Part shown: in pieces, positions 52,601-64,000 of the stretch | How positions within the stretch are numbered: the stretch's first letter is position 1 | Layout: each line of letters opens with the position of its first letter | Assembly: GCA_030704615.1 (NCBI GenBank) | Contig: CM060734.1 | Coordinates: 40,362,001-40,426,000 of the forward strand | DNA: 64,000 nt | DNA from: Takakia lepidozioides | Lineage: Eukaryota > Plantae > Bryophyta | Direction: 5' to 3' | The notes under the pieces: generated by a model | The model's input: only the letters and a program-made list of their open reading frames with translations | Told to the model about the DNA's origin: nothing | The model's database searches: none | Made by a program: the position numbers and the translations under genes

Positions 52601-53204
52601 GAACTGTGCGTCCTTCCGTAGTGATGAAGCCATCTCCTCCAACCGTTTGGCCCGTGAAGGTGGGAACACATCTCAGCTTTCAGGAGATTGAAATGCTGGA
52701 GGAGGCAGGTTTTTCCCTTGCGAGACAACCCCAACTCCATGCATGTGCTACTACTCCTGCGTCCTCCCGGGTCCCCCGGCAAATCCTGACTTGTGGCCAA
52801 CCAAACGAGATGGAAAGCTCGTTCGGCGTTTCCCTCCAACCGCTGAACACTTTGGCAAAGTGGAGTCCGCAAGAATGCTCCAAGCTCGTGTCGGAAGCAC
52901 CACGGAAGTACCCGATCCAGGATATGGTCGGGTATTCACAATCATCACTTCCACATCTGCTGTTCATGACAGGACCTACGACATCACGGTTTCCAATTTC
53001 CCCAATTGCACATGTCCTGATTTTGTGAATATGCTATCAACCAGTTTGGGCAAGAGAGGTAAATTCATACCCTGCAAACATTTGTATTTCATATTTTTGA
53101 GGAGGATGGTTTGCGATCCCAAACGTGACAACTTCATTCACCAGGCCACTATGAGTTTCAACGAGGTCGATACTCTTTTGCAGCGGGATACAACACATGG
53201 GTAG
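49691..53204 (+). CDS. MULE-type DDE transposase with N-terminal GCM-like Zn domain and C-terminal SWIM finger; one intron and one apparent frameshift
   Basis: DGHPW..CNGHLRC..CKFC..CVHFGFHNHP (GCM/WRKY-like). FLMFDHVK (D1), FMADSAQA (D2), CLFH, CNLAETVH (E). SWIM CTCPDF..PCKH. In-frame intron 51704-51819; frameshift near 52760-52780. Confidence 0.85.
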
Positions 53205-53654
53205 CATGAACTATGTAATGTGGTATGTGGATGACCATGATTTGAAATGTGTAATTCACATCAATTCGTCGGCTGTGCAATGATATGGCCTCCAACTATA
53301 CGGAGTGAGGTCTGAGTGACAACTTTTAGGTAGTGCACATTTGTCATTGCACCGTTCGAAGTCTACATGTCTTGCTGTCGCTATGCACTACAATCATCTT
53401 TTGAAGATGATCATAACTCTCATTGTTATTTGAGGAGGGAGGAAGTCTTCTCGTGGCAGCCTTTATGGCGCACACTTTGTGAGGATATTTTGTCGTCTTC
53501 GTAATTGTAAAAGTGAAACAAACATTTGTAATTGCACAATGTTGGATGCTGCAATTGTAGGCCTCAACACTCGTCTTGATTCTATTTAGGCAAGATTCCC
53601 TGCATTAATTCCACGGTCATAGGACCATCCACGGTTATAGGCGGCGCATGTTAA

Positions 53655-53854
53655 TGCTGACGTGGCAGTTGACGGACAGTGCCACGTCATCATTTACCGC
53701 CACATCAGCATGCTGACATGACGCTCACGCCACGTCAGCATGTGTGCAGGCTCACGCCACGTCAGCTGGCGTGAGCGTACGCTCACGCCACGTCACTCCT
53801 GCGTGAGCGTACGCTCGCGCGCTCACGTGCAACGCTCACGCCATTGCGTCGTTG
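53655..53854 (-). repeat. Right TIR and subterminal GCCACGTCA / GCTCACGC repeats
   Basis: Repeated GCTCACGCCACGTCA and GCGTGAGCGTACGCTC motifs ending at CGTTG|TSD. Confidence 0.85.
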
Positions 53855-53863
53855 GAGCCGGCG

Positions 53864-56742
53864 GATCTACCACTGTGCTAATCTAGGAGAGTACCCCTGG
53901 CATGGTGATTTTGATAGTGACTCTGATGATGCTATCTTACGATGGGAGGGAGCCCGATCTTCTTATATGGTGCAGCATGAAGCTGAGTGGGAAGAGGCCA
54001 CCACGTCGGAAGATATCGCGTGGTATGATTCGGCTGATGATAACCGTGCTCCATTGATAAAGAAGGACCCTTATCAAACCTTGAATTTGAATACAGTTGC
54101 TGAGCCCAATGACATTATAATTTCTGCGGCAATCCCATCAAATGAATTGTCTATGTGGAAGGAGTTTTTCCAGAAACATCGTACGGCTTTTGCATGGACC
54201 TATACTGATCTTCGGGGTGTGCCCCCAGAAATTTTCCAGCATCGCATTATATTGGAGGAAGGAGCAATGCCAGTACGGCAACGCCAACATCGATTGAATC
54301 CTAAATATTCTCTGTTGGTTAAAGAAGAATTGGACAAAATTGTTAGCTGTTGGATTCATTTATCCTGTACCTTATAGCAATTGGGTATCGCCTATAGTGG
54401 TCGTGCCCATGAAACAATCGGGCAAAGTACGAATCTGTCAAGATTTCCGGAAACTTAATGCTGTGACTCGAAATGATTATTTTCCATTACCTTTCACTGA
54501 TGATACTATTCTGGATGCAGTAGCGGGCCATGAGTGTTATTCTTTCCTCGATGGTTTTTCTTGTTATAATCAGATCACGATCGCAGAAGAGGATCGGCCT
54601 AAGACTACTTTTACCACCGCTTGGGTCACTTATGCCTATAAAGTCATGCCCTTCAGACTTTGCAATGCTTCTGCTACGTTTCAACGAGTAATGACTGCCG
54701 CTTTTCAGGATTACTTGCGCCTATTTATGGAGATCTTCTTGGATGATTTTTGTGTCTATAGCAGCAAAGCAACACATGCTGAGATGTTGAAGTTGTGCTT
54801 TCAAAAATGTAAGGAGTATGGAATCTCTCTGAATGCCAGAAAATGTCAATTTCTGGTTACCAAGGGGAAGCTTTTAGGCCATATTGTATCAATTCGAGGG
54901 ATATCAACTGACCCCACCAAGATTGAGATTATTGTCCAATTACCTACCCCCACAACGGTGACAGAGGTGCGTGTCTTTCTGGGCCATGTGGGGTACTATC
55001 GCCGTTTTATCCGTCGATATGCTGAGATTACCCTACCATTGACGCAATTATTGAAACACGATGCCGAGCAACAGTGGATAAGGGAATGTCAGCATTCTTT
55101 TCAAGAATTAAAAGGGCGATTAATAAAGGTGCCTATCTTGATTTCCCCCGATTGGACTAAGGAGTTTCAGGTCTATGTGGATGCTTCAAACTATGCTATT
55201 GGTAGCGTTTTGAGTCAGAAGGATGAAAAGTCGTTTGATCATCCGATATATTTTGCGAATCGTCAATTGGCTGCGGCGGAGAAAAAATATACTACCACTG
55301 AACGAGAAGGTTTGGGCATGATTTATTCGGTTCAGAAGTATTGCCATTATTTATTGGGTTATCCATTTGTTTTTCATGTTGATCATGATGCACTAAAATA
55401 TCTCATTAATAAACCTCAGCTGAGTGGCAGAGTGGCCCGGTGGGTTATTTTATTGCAAGAATTTACTTTTAAAATTGTGGTTCGCCCCGGGCGCAAGCAT
55501 GCCAATGCTGATCATTTAAGTCGTCTATCGAAGGAAGTCGGCGAAGAGCTGATAGATGATTCTCTCCCAGATGCTGCCCTTTTTGTGGTTGATGTGATGA
55601 CAGGAGAGTATGCTCTCATCTTTAATTACCTATCGTTACAACAATTTCCAGAGGATTATACTGAGAAGCAAAAGCGTCGGCTGGTAGAGAAGACTGTGCC
55701 TTATACGATTATTGGCGACACATTATACAAGCTAGGGAATGATGGTGTATTGCGCCGTTGCATCTTGGAAGCTGAGGATCCAACAATACTTGAGGGGTGC
55801 CATGCCGATTCTTGTGGGGGTCATTTTGCAGGGGATGCCACCGGACGGAAGGTATTATTGGCAGGTTATTGGTGGCCTACCCTATGTAAAGATGTTTTTG
55901 CTTATGTGCGTCGTTGTGATGCATGCCAACGTATTGGCAGACCTGCGCGATCGAGTTCTATGCCCCTGGTTCCCATCCTTGCACAAGCACCTTTTGAGAA
56001 GTGGGGTATCGATTTTGTTGGACCTATCGCCCCTGCCTCTCGCAATGGTCAGAAACGATATATTCTTGTTGCAACTGAATATGTCACTAAGTGGGCTGAA
56101 GCTATGGCCTCTCGCACCGATACGGCCAAGGTTGTGGCGCAGTTTTTGTATGAGAATATCATTACTCGATTTGGTTGTCCTCGAGAGCTTGTGAGCGACC
56201 GTGGTACACATTTTTTAAATTCTATTATTGAGCAGATGACTGCCAAATATGTCATTAAACATCGGAAGACTACTCCTTATCACCCACGGGCTACTGGTCA
56301 GACGGAGAAGACCAATGGGTTGCTCTGTGGTATCCTAACAAAGACAATTTCTGGTACTGGCAGCGATTGGGATACTAAATTATTTTCTACATTATGGGCC
56401 TATCGGACTGCATTTAAAGTTACTACCGGATTTACTCCCTTCCAGTTGATTTATGGACAAGAGGCAATATTGCCTATCGAGCTTGAAATTCCTTCCCTAC
56501 GCATAGCTATCGAGGAACGTTTAGGCGATGTTCCATCCCTATCGGCTTGCCTGTTGCAATTGGTTAAGATGGATGAACTTCGTCGGCAGGCGTTACAAAA
56601 CATTGAAGTCACCCAATTGCGGCGGAAGGATTATTATGATAGCTGCCTTAAACCCAAGATCTTTAAAGCTCAAGTTTTGGTCCTCCTTTATGATAGCCGT
56701 TTTCAAAAATTTCCTGGTAAATTGAAGATGAGGTGGCTCGGA
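53864..56742 (+). pseudogene. Gypsy pol: RT - RNase H - integrase
   Basis: WVSPIVVV, RICQDFRKLN, FLDGFSCYNQI, FLDDF, VDASNYAIGSVLSQ, HADSCGGH..CDAC, WGIDFVGP, VSDRGTHF, GQTEKTN. Frameshift near 54340; ends abruptly at KLKMRWLG. Confidence 0.93.
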
Positions 56743-57295
56743 GAGCAAAAACAAGAAGGGGATCACTTCTTGAGGAGGGCGACTTGTTCAGGAGAGGAGG
56801 AGACGTAACGGAAAGTGGAAAACAATGAAGTGGAGATGATGACTTGAATGTGGCTTAGTTCATGCAAGTTGTAAGATTATACAGTATGATAGAATAGAGA
56901 CACCATGGCATAGGCATGATACATGATTAATCTTAATCCGATACTGAATCGGTACAAACATACTATGTAGAGAAACACGAGAGAAGCTGTGGAATGAATG
57001 CATGATTAGATACTGAAGCAATCTGATGCTTCAGTATACACGGTAAGGTAAATTGATAACATGAAGGCAGGAAGGAATACAAATAGGAAGCACAACCATG
57101 ATTCACTAGCTGCAGGTCATGACTGATTGTTCTGAGCGGGCTGAGTGCTTAGAGATATCCAACTCTTCTATCTTGGAGTTTCCACCTCAGATAGCGAAGG
57201 GATGGGTGAGTAAAAGCCGCTCGACAGCAAGGGATCGCCATTTTTGGTAGCCAATTGTATAGAGCCATTTGGAAAAGCTTCCACCACCCGATAGC

Positions 57296-60200
57296 TGTTC
57301 TAATCACCTAACTAACTAACCGTCACCCCTGAAGTAACACGTTCCCTCTGCAGATGTTGTTCCCACATAGTCGTTCCCTATCAATGATAACTGTTCCCCA
57401 TGTACTGTGACAGCTGTGAAGCTGTGCCGAGCTGTGACTGGCTGTGCGAAGCTGTGTCGGGCTATGTGAAGCTGTGTCGGGCTGTGATAGACTGTGACAG
57501 GCTGTGTAACCCCCCTAAAGCCTGCTCCTGCCAGGCTCCTGTTGGTCTCAGTCTGCGCAAAAATTAAGGGTACCCCACAGAACCCATAAAAGCGTCCAAG
57601 TCCCAAGCAACCCTCTAACATTACCCCTCCCCCTCTCAAAAAGTCGTGTCCTCACAGTTTACTGTTTGGGATCAGCAAACCTTTGTGAGCGAGCACCCTT
57701 CTGACGGTGAGAGTCTCGTGAAGGACTCCGTGTGCGAGCCCGAGTCCTGTCACTGGCTGATGGAGATGATTGAGCACTACCTGGAAATGTCTGACCCTCC
57801 TTTGGCTGATAACGAGGTAACATCTCAGGCATATGAGATCCCCGTCGTTTCTTCTCTGCCATCTGAAGTGCATAGTCCTCTGCCATCTCAAAAGAGTCCT
57901 CTGAAGAAACAGTAGTATCAGAATCCTCGTCCCCCCTTAGGTGTTTTAACGGCCGAACTTTAAGTGGAATCCTACGTGGCATACAATGTGGGCCCACCAT
58001 GTCTGGAAGTTTAAACTGTACAACTTGTTGTAAGCGCTTGCAAGCAAAATTAGTGAACGCCCTAAACTCCTTATCCGTATAGGTGAGAGGTGTGTCAATG
58101 ACTTTGGAACAGTGTAAATATTTCCAGGCTTCATGTCCCTTAAAGAAAATATCCTCAGGGCCAAATTTTGTGTTGTCAAATTGTTCCAAGCCGAATTAAA
58201 CCATGAACGAAGTTGGGAATCCTTCTGCATCATAACTTTTGCATCATATAGGTACATATGAGGTGGCACTGAAGGTAAGACCCAATGATCCCCACTGGAA
58301 TAACTCAGAAATTGTGATTGCATCTTCTGCTGCTCAATGTGATAACGTGCCATAAAACAAGCAACATAGTATAATCCACAGCCCATGACAATACTAGATA
58401 CCTCCTTGGTCTTGGTATAGATGTACCCATGTACAACCTGGAAGGCAATTAATTCCTTCAGCATGGTACCTGCCTCAGACCAGTACCTTGCAAAGTGATG
58501 ATCCTCAATGGGTCGATTGTTCGGAAGAACCTTAGTCCGAGTTGCCATTGGCAACCAAATGCGCATGATCTGGTAGTAATGTGCCAATGACTGCGGAGGA
58601 CTAAATTCCTTCCAAGCCAAATCCAGCACAATGGGAATTTGGTTGAATGGCATAATCATAGCCCAACTGTACTCCCGTGCAGCAGGAGTCCTAGGTGGGT
58701 TAAAAGCAGCATCCCCCCATACCTCAGGCTGTGGTTTGGCGGTAGTAGCAACAGGGTCAGCTACCTGCACATGCACCTGCTGTGGTATTGGTACCACTGG
58801 CCCTTCTACCACTGACATCTCCTACACCCCCTGCAAAGAAGACTGAAAAATTAGAGTCCTAGCATGTAAATAAGTAGCCATCAACTGCTCTTCAGGAACA
58901 AAGACTCTCTTGTCAATATTTGAACTCAGGTCTTGGTATAATTGTTGCTTATGTGCTTCATGCAACTGGTCCTGCTCGAGACCTGCTTCAATCAAATGTC
59001 CCTTAGCCAACTGCAAGGCAGCCTTTAAGGCCTCCAACTCTTGCTGTAACTCGAGATTGATCTCCGCATCTACCTTGTTAGCACACTCAGTGGCAATTCG
59101 AGTCTCAAACTCCTTTCAAAGCTGCCAATTGGATAGATGGAACATGGGATTTCACATAAGTGCCCAACAAAATTGAGTGGCCTGCTTATGGAACTCATAA
59201 GCATGGCCTGCTGGGGGTCATCATGGTGAACTTGCTGCTGTTCCCCCTGATCTTCCACAATGTGATGCTTCATCAACCATTCAGGCCATTGCCCCACCAG
59301 ATCCTCTTCCTGAACCACCTCATCCTCCACAGGTGCTACAGTGTCCTTATATTCTACCCCTGGTACCTCCGTCACAGGTGTGGGTATTACATGCACAGCA
59401 GGGATTTCCCTGGACAAACTCTGCACCTCTAGAACCACTGATTCCCTTACCAAGCCAAAGTTTTCATAGAGAAGGTCACCCTTCTCAATTTCTGCCACGA
59501 CTTGCTCTGTAGTGGGAATGTCCAACCTTTCTCCGTCCAGAGCAATTGGGGGTGGTGTCACAGCATGTTCTAGCTGTGGAACCTCTGAGATAACTGAGTC
59601 AACTGGTTGTGATGGTTGTGATACCGAAGTGACTTTTTCTTCCCTCTCCGAAGGCCGTGCTTCCAATAATAACAGCCATCTGTGCTGCTGTGCCCCATCC
59701 TGCACAAGAGCTTGGGAAACATCATCTTGCGGTTTCCGTGAAGCTAGTGGATCCGCCACTACAGTCATACCCCGCTTCTGTCTCTTAGACTGGTGTTGCC
59801 CTGCCAGTCCACCCTCACTATGTGAAGAGTCATGCTCTTCAATTGCAGTGGTTACTGCCTCAAATACTCCCATCTCCTTACGTCCCCAAGTATCAAGTAT
59901 GCAAGAGTCAAGAATGATTTGGGCAATGACTGGACCAGACACAATGATCGGAAACTTAGCAGCAGTGCCCTGTAACCTCTTCATCTCTTCCACCATACCA
60001 TTGTACATTAATTCTGCCCATGCTACATCCTCTCCCCTCAAAGCTTTCAGGATCTCCTCTGTGAATGACCTGCTCAAATATTGTTGGTTCTGTTTCATGG
60101 CAAATAGAACGTTCAATATTTGGCCAACTTCTCTGAGCCCTGAGTACTCGGCTTTGGTACAAGCGTAGCCTTGAGTCTTAAAGAAACTCCCTTCTTGGAA

Positions 60201-60719
60201 CAAATTCCCTATCTGCAATCCTGCCCTGTGCTCATCCACATCCACATGACCTGATGGCAAATCAAACAATTGCTGCAAGTACTGGGGAGTAATTTCTATA
60301 TCTACTCCCCTCACTTGGGTAACTCCCGTCCGAGGCTCAAAGTTCTGAAGAAATTGAATCATATACTGCCGATGATGCAAGGACCAGTCCTTGCGTAGCA
60401 GCCCCTCCAATCGCAACTCCCTCAGCAGCTGCATTACCTGCGGTGTAGCAATTGTTTGCTTCTGCATAATCGTGGTGCTCTTCACCCTGATATCCTCCAT
60501 TCCCCTCACTCTCTTCATTCTAGACAAACAAAAAGACCTTGTTTGAAACAGCTGAAAGAAAGCTTGCAGGGCACAGAGCATAAAGGTATGGTTGGCACAG
60601 AATGTAACAGGTAAGTGCGTGTAAGCCTGTGGGGCTTGCAAGTATCGAGTGAGAGAAAATGTACTCTTAAAATATGTACATTGAGGTATATCAGGCCACC
60701 ACAGGTAATGCAAACCCAA
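57296..60719 (-). mobile_element. 3' part of a second LTR retroelement (element B): accessory ORF, PPT and 325-bp 3' LTR
   Basis: Minus strand: ORF fragments 60719-59070, 59037-58822, 58818-57946 and 58189-57659; PPT GAGAGGGGGAGGGGTAA (57637-57621); LTR TGTTAG(57620)..GAACA(57296) containing GCTGTG tandem repeats. Confidence 0.7.
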
Positions 60720-61712
60720 CCTTATGCATTACTAAAGGTATCCGGTAGCATTTCATTTAGGTGCACTAGGCCACCACCCAAACCTATAATTTAAGGGCTC
60801 TATCAAAGCACAACTACCCTAGGGGTGACCAGCTGGCCACTTTTCATCTTGCGTTTGTTGAAGATGAGCTATACGCATTCCGATAACCGTAAAATGTAGG
60901 GTTGCTCGGGTTTTGTTTTAGCATGTTAAGATCTGGCTATGAGCGTCACCTCTCACATATAGAGTAATAATAGCCAGTAGTATTCTATCCATGTTGTTGG
61001 AAGGCTAGTAGACCCATCTATTCATATTTTCACGTTTATTATCTAGGTAGTGCTCACATCATAATGTAAATTCAACTATATGGATGGTGAGGGAGGGACA
61101 TGGACTTGTTGGTGTTGAAAAAGAGATTGGAAGTCCTTGGACAAGTCGTAGGTCCGAGCAAAATTGTGCTAGGTAATGGCAAGGTTTTGTGCTCTTTGAG
61201 CAATTTGGACGTAGGGTGGGATAGGGGTGTTTTTGAAGATGCAAGACCCCTTGATTCTGCAACATTATTTGGAGACGATGTGCTAGGATGGGGTGCTTGC
61301 AATGTAGGAGAAGGTGCGGACATGTCTCTCGGGTATGGGGGGTGGAGGGCTGGGTCGGTGCAATGTTTGTTGGGATTATAGTGACATAGGCTAGAATAGG
61401 TTTGGCAACGACATTTTAAAGTGCCACTGCATTAAAAGTCTTTTATATCATCATCTATCATTAATATAGACAAAGTGACTAATATAACGGTCACCCATCA
61501 TCTACGCTCGCGAATTTTCAGTGACTGCGCCCCCTGTCCCCGCTCCCAAGGCTCTACACACGGCCTGCCCCACTCCTTGCCTGGTCTAGGTCGCCGAAAC
61601 TGGTTCGCCATTGCCTTAAACATTTGTGACTCGCGTATCCAACCCCTTACTTCCTCACACATACCCTAAATACTTATATTCATGAACTTAACGTTATTAA
61701 CAAATAACTCAT

Positions 61713-62760
61713 TGTTTGTAGTGATTTTGGATATCACAGGAATAGACACTGAGCATACTATAACCATGAATCCTTAAAGACAAGATATCTTTGTATTTCA
61801 ATTCTGTATAACAATTACATATGTTCAATACAAGATTGTCTCTAGCTCTATCTTTTCTTTCTTTCTCTCCTAGACTAAATCTTTCTTCTTGATCTTTTGT
61901 CGTCTCTTCCTCTAGTAGCCTTCTCCCTTTGTACTTATGTCCCGCCAAGGCTAACCATTGTGGCCTCTATGTCTTTCCGTGGCCAATGAGATCTTCTAGA
62001 TCTCTTCCCATCGGCCTTCTTCATATCTATAGCCAACGTTAGTCCCACCTTACATCTTTTAGAGTGGTGACTATCTACACATTCATGTGATATTCTCCCC
62101 CTCCCATGGAACCTCATCGTCCTCGATGAGCAACTTGGTAAGTTGCCATCTCACCTACATATTCTTCTAGATGAGTCTTGAGAGACAGGTTCTCAGGTAG
62201 CTTCACTCGTATGATAGCCTTTCCAGGCTACCAGGTACTCTTCTTGTCATCCCCGTCCATACTTTCTAATATGGTAATCAATGAAAGCTTCCAAGCGGCA
62301 TCCCATTCTCTTGTTTACGGTGTAAGTAAATTCTTGCCATAGACCACTTCAAATGGTGTTTGACCATTAGAAGAATGTAGAGAGTTATTATAAGCAAATT
62401 CAGCGGCAGGAAGAAAATCTACCCAATCTAGCTGATTCATGCTTACAAATGCTCGAAACATTTCTTCTAATCTATATGATTAACACGTTCCGTTTGTCCA
62501 TTTGTTTGCGGATGGAAAGCGGTACTTATCTTAAGCTCAACTCCCATGAGTAGAAAAAACGTTTTCCAAAACTGTCATGTGAATTGAACACCACGGTCAG
62601 AGATGATATCTTTCGGCATACCATGGTGCCGAAATACCTCTTTGAAAAATAGCTTTGCCATCTCCGGAGCGCTAACACGCACATTAGTGGGTATAAAATG
62701 TGCTCGCTTACTTAAGCGACATACTATCACCAAAACAGCGTGAAGCCCTTGTGCCGTCAA
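61713..62760 (-). mobile_element. Truncated chromoviral Gypsy: integrase, chromodomain, PPT and 3' LTR
   Basis: VIVCRLSKRAHFIP..HGMPKDIISDRG, AFHPQTNGQTERVN, AEFAYNN, chromodomain EYLVAWKGYHTSEAT*EP (~62185-62240), PPT 62105-62093, LTR ~62092-61713. Confidence 0.85.
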
Positions 62761-62845
62761 TGACAAGTGCAAATGGTTCTTTATAGTTAAAGGATAGTGA
62801 TGGTATTTTATTTCCAACTAAGACAGTTGGAGAACAAGTTAAAAA

Positions 62846-63256
62846 ATGATTTCAATTGCTTCTGAAACAGAGATTGAGAGGATACACAAGGTCATTATTA
62901 ATTTTGATTTCCGCATAAAGGCTGAAGCCAATGATCCCCTGGCTTTACCAATAGTATGGACTTTACATTATGGACTTTCACGTAGTGGTTGGAATTGGGT
63001 AAGAAAAGATGTCAACAACCATGGAGATGAAGAACAGGTTGATATTTGGACAATAGTTAGTGGTGGCCATCTAACCTATTTCTTTCCACCTTTAAAATTT
63101 CCTAGATATCATAAGGTAGAAATTGGAAAGAATGTATTGATGCAATACATCATTGACCCAATGGAATTTTTGGAAGACAGGGAGGTACAGTCAACATACA
63201 CTCTATGGTCAGTGAAACCTACTATGAGGAACAAGGCGAAGAATAACAAATTATAA
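62846..63256 (+). other. 136-aa ORF of unknown function
   Basis: ATG-started ORF with protein-like composition; no family recognised. Confidence 0.25.
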
Positions 63257-64000
63257 TACTTGAATCATGGGGGTCCCTTATTTTTCTGTCACACTCAATC
63301 AGCCCAACATTCACTAAAGATTAATGGGATCACTTGGGGAGAAGGGGTCTGATGGGATAAAATTTGAGCAAATGGCTCATACCTTATTGCGTTTATTTCA
63401 AGCAATCCAAGCATTGCATTTACATTTAACGCACCACTTGGATAATTTCCACGGACTTAAAAGAATGGGTTCTGACACAATATCCTTATATTAGGGTATA
63501 TATAATTATAAACTACTACACATAGATGATGTAACATACACAAGAGTCCACAATGGACCGCAGTTATCAAGATTCGGGTGCAGTTGTTTTGAGTATGAGA
63601 GTTTCGGCCTTGCTCTCATCTGTTTTGGAAGAACAAACCCAAGCATGCATCTTGGCGTAAGTCAGTGGACAAGGAACCGGTGGGGATAACATTTTCCGGA
63701 TTATATCACCTCACTGCACTAAGCCACTTTTAAAAGTTAAAATGGGAAGATCTCTCGTATGAGGGACGATCACACACTTTGTTGTCATCATTTACAAAAC
63801 ATAAACGTGTAAAAATATATTTTCTGCACAATTGCACAACACAAAATAATGCACAAAAGATAAAGAGCAGAATAATTAAAAGACAGAAAGTTCTTGTAAG
63901 TTAATACAAATCACTATCAAGGTTGGACAATAAATCTTGGGTTCCAACAAAGCTCTTCTTACAGCGAGAATGATCTCCTTGAGTTTATAACGAGTGAATC

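Larger units (their letters stand above)
42493..53854. mobile_element. Mutator-like (MULE) DNA transposon, 11,362 bp, with two divergent genes
   Basis: 9-bp TSD GAGCCGGCG at 42484-42492 and 53855-53863. Imperfect ~45-bp TIRs (CAGGGATGCCTCGGCGTGAGCCTGGTCACGTGAGCGCG versus revcomp CAACGACGCAATGGCGTGAGCGTTGCACGTGAGCGCG). Removing it restores the Gypsy frame PKHTQSRR|IYHCANLGEY. Confidence 0.93.
37821..57295 (+). mobile_element. Non-chromoviral Ty3/Gypsy LTR retrotransposon (element A), interrupted by a MULE; 3' part rearranged and no 3' LTR seen
   Basis: Putative 5' LTR TG(37821)..CA(39204), left boundary uncertain. PBS at 39211, then gag, protease, RT, RNase H and integrase in Gypsy order. Confidence 0.85.

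Noticed and set aside
59070-60719. Retroviral env gene
   Set aside because: No signal peptide or clear transmembrane anchor seen; kept as an accessory ORF of unknown function.

Overview
Eukaryotic, intron-containing plant DNA. A non-seed land plant is inferred from the PLS-PPR and transposon content. Host genes: RRP6L2-like exosome exonuclease (minus strand, runs off the left edge), head-to-head with PET100 (plus); CTF8 (minus); and a cluster of decayed PLS/E/DYW PPR genes, some fused to OSB-type PDF motifs. The rest is mostly mobile DNA: TC-tailed LINE remnants, three copies of a ~1.1 kb Helitron-ended element encoding a putative phage-type ssDNA-binding protein, a decayed Rep/Pif1 Helitron with a Ulp1-like protease, a non-chromoviral Ty3/Gypsy element, and two further LTR remnants. 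The most striking feature is an 11.4 kb Mutator-like transposon (42493-53854, 9-bp TSD GAGCCGGCG, imperfect TIRs) nested in the Gypsy pol. It carries a GCM-like/DDE/SWIM transposase and, divergently, a nine-exon gene that splices in frame to ~1084 aa and fuses a ParB/Srx domain to a beta-class amino (N4C/N6A) DNA methyltransferase. Two introns of that gene hold about 11 copies of a 22-bp palindrome (TGAATGTCGT-CA-ACGACATTCA), which suggests a parS-like site array. All domain calls come from motif recognition by eye and need HMM or structure confirmation.
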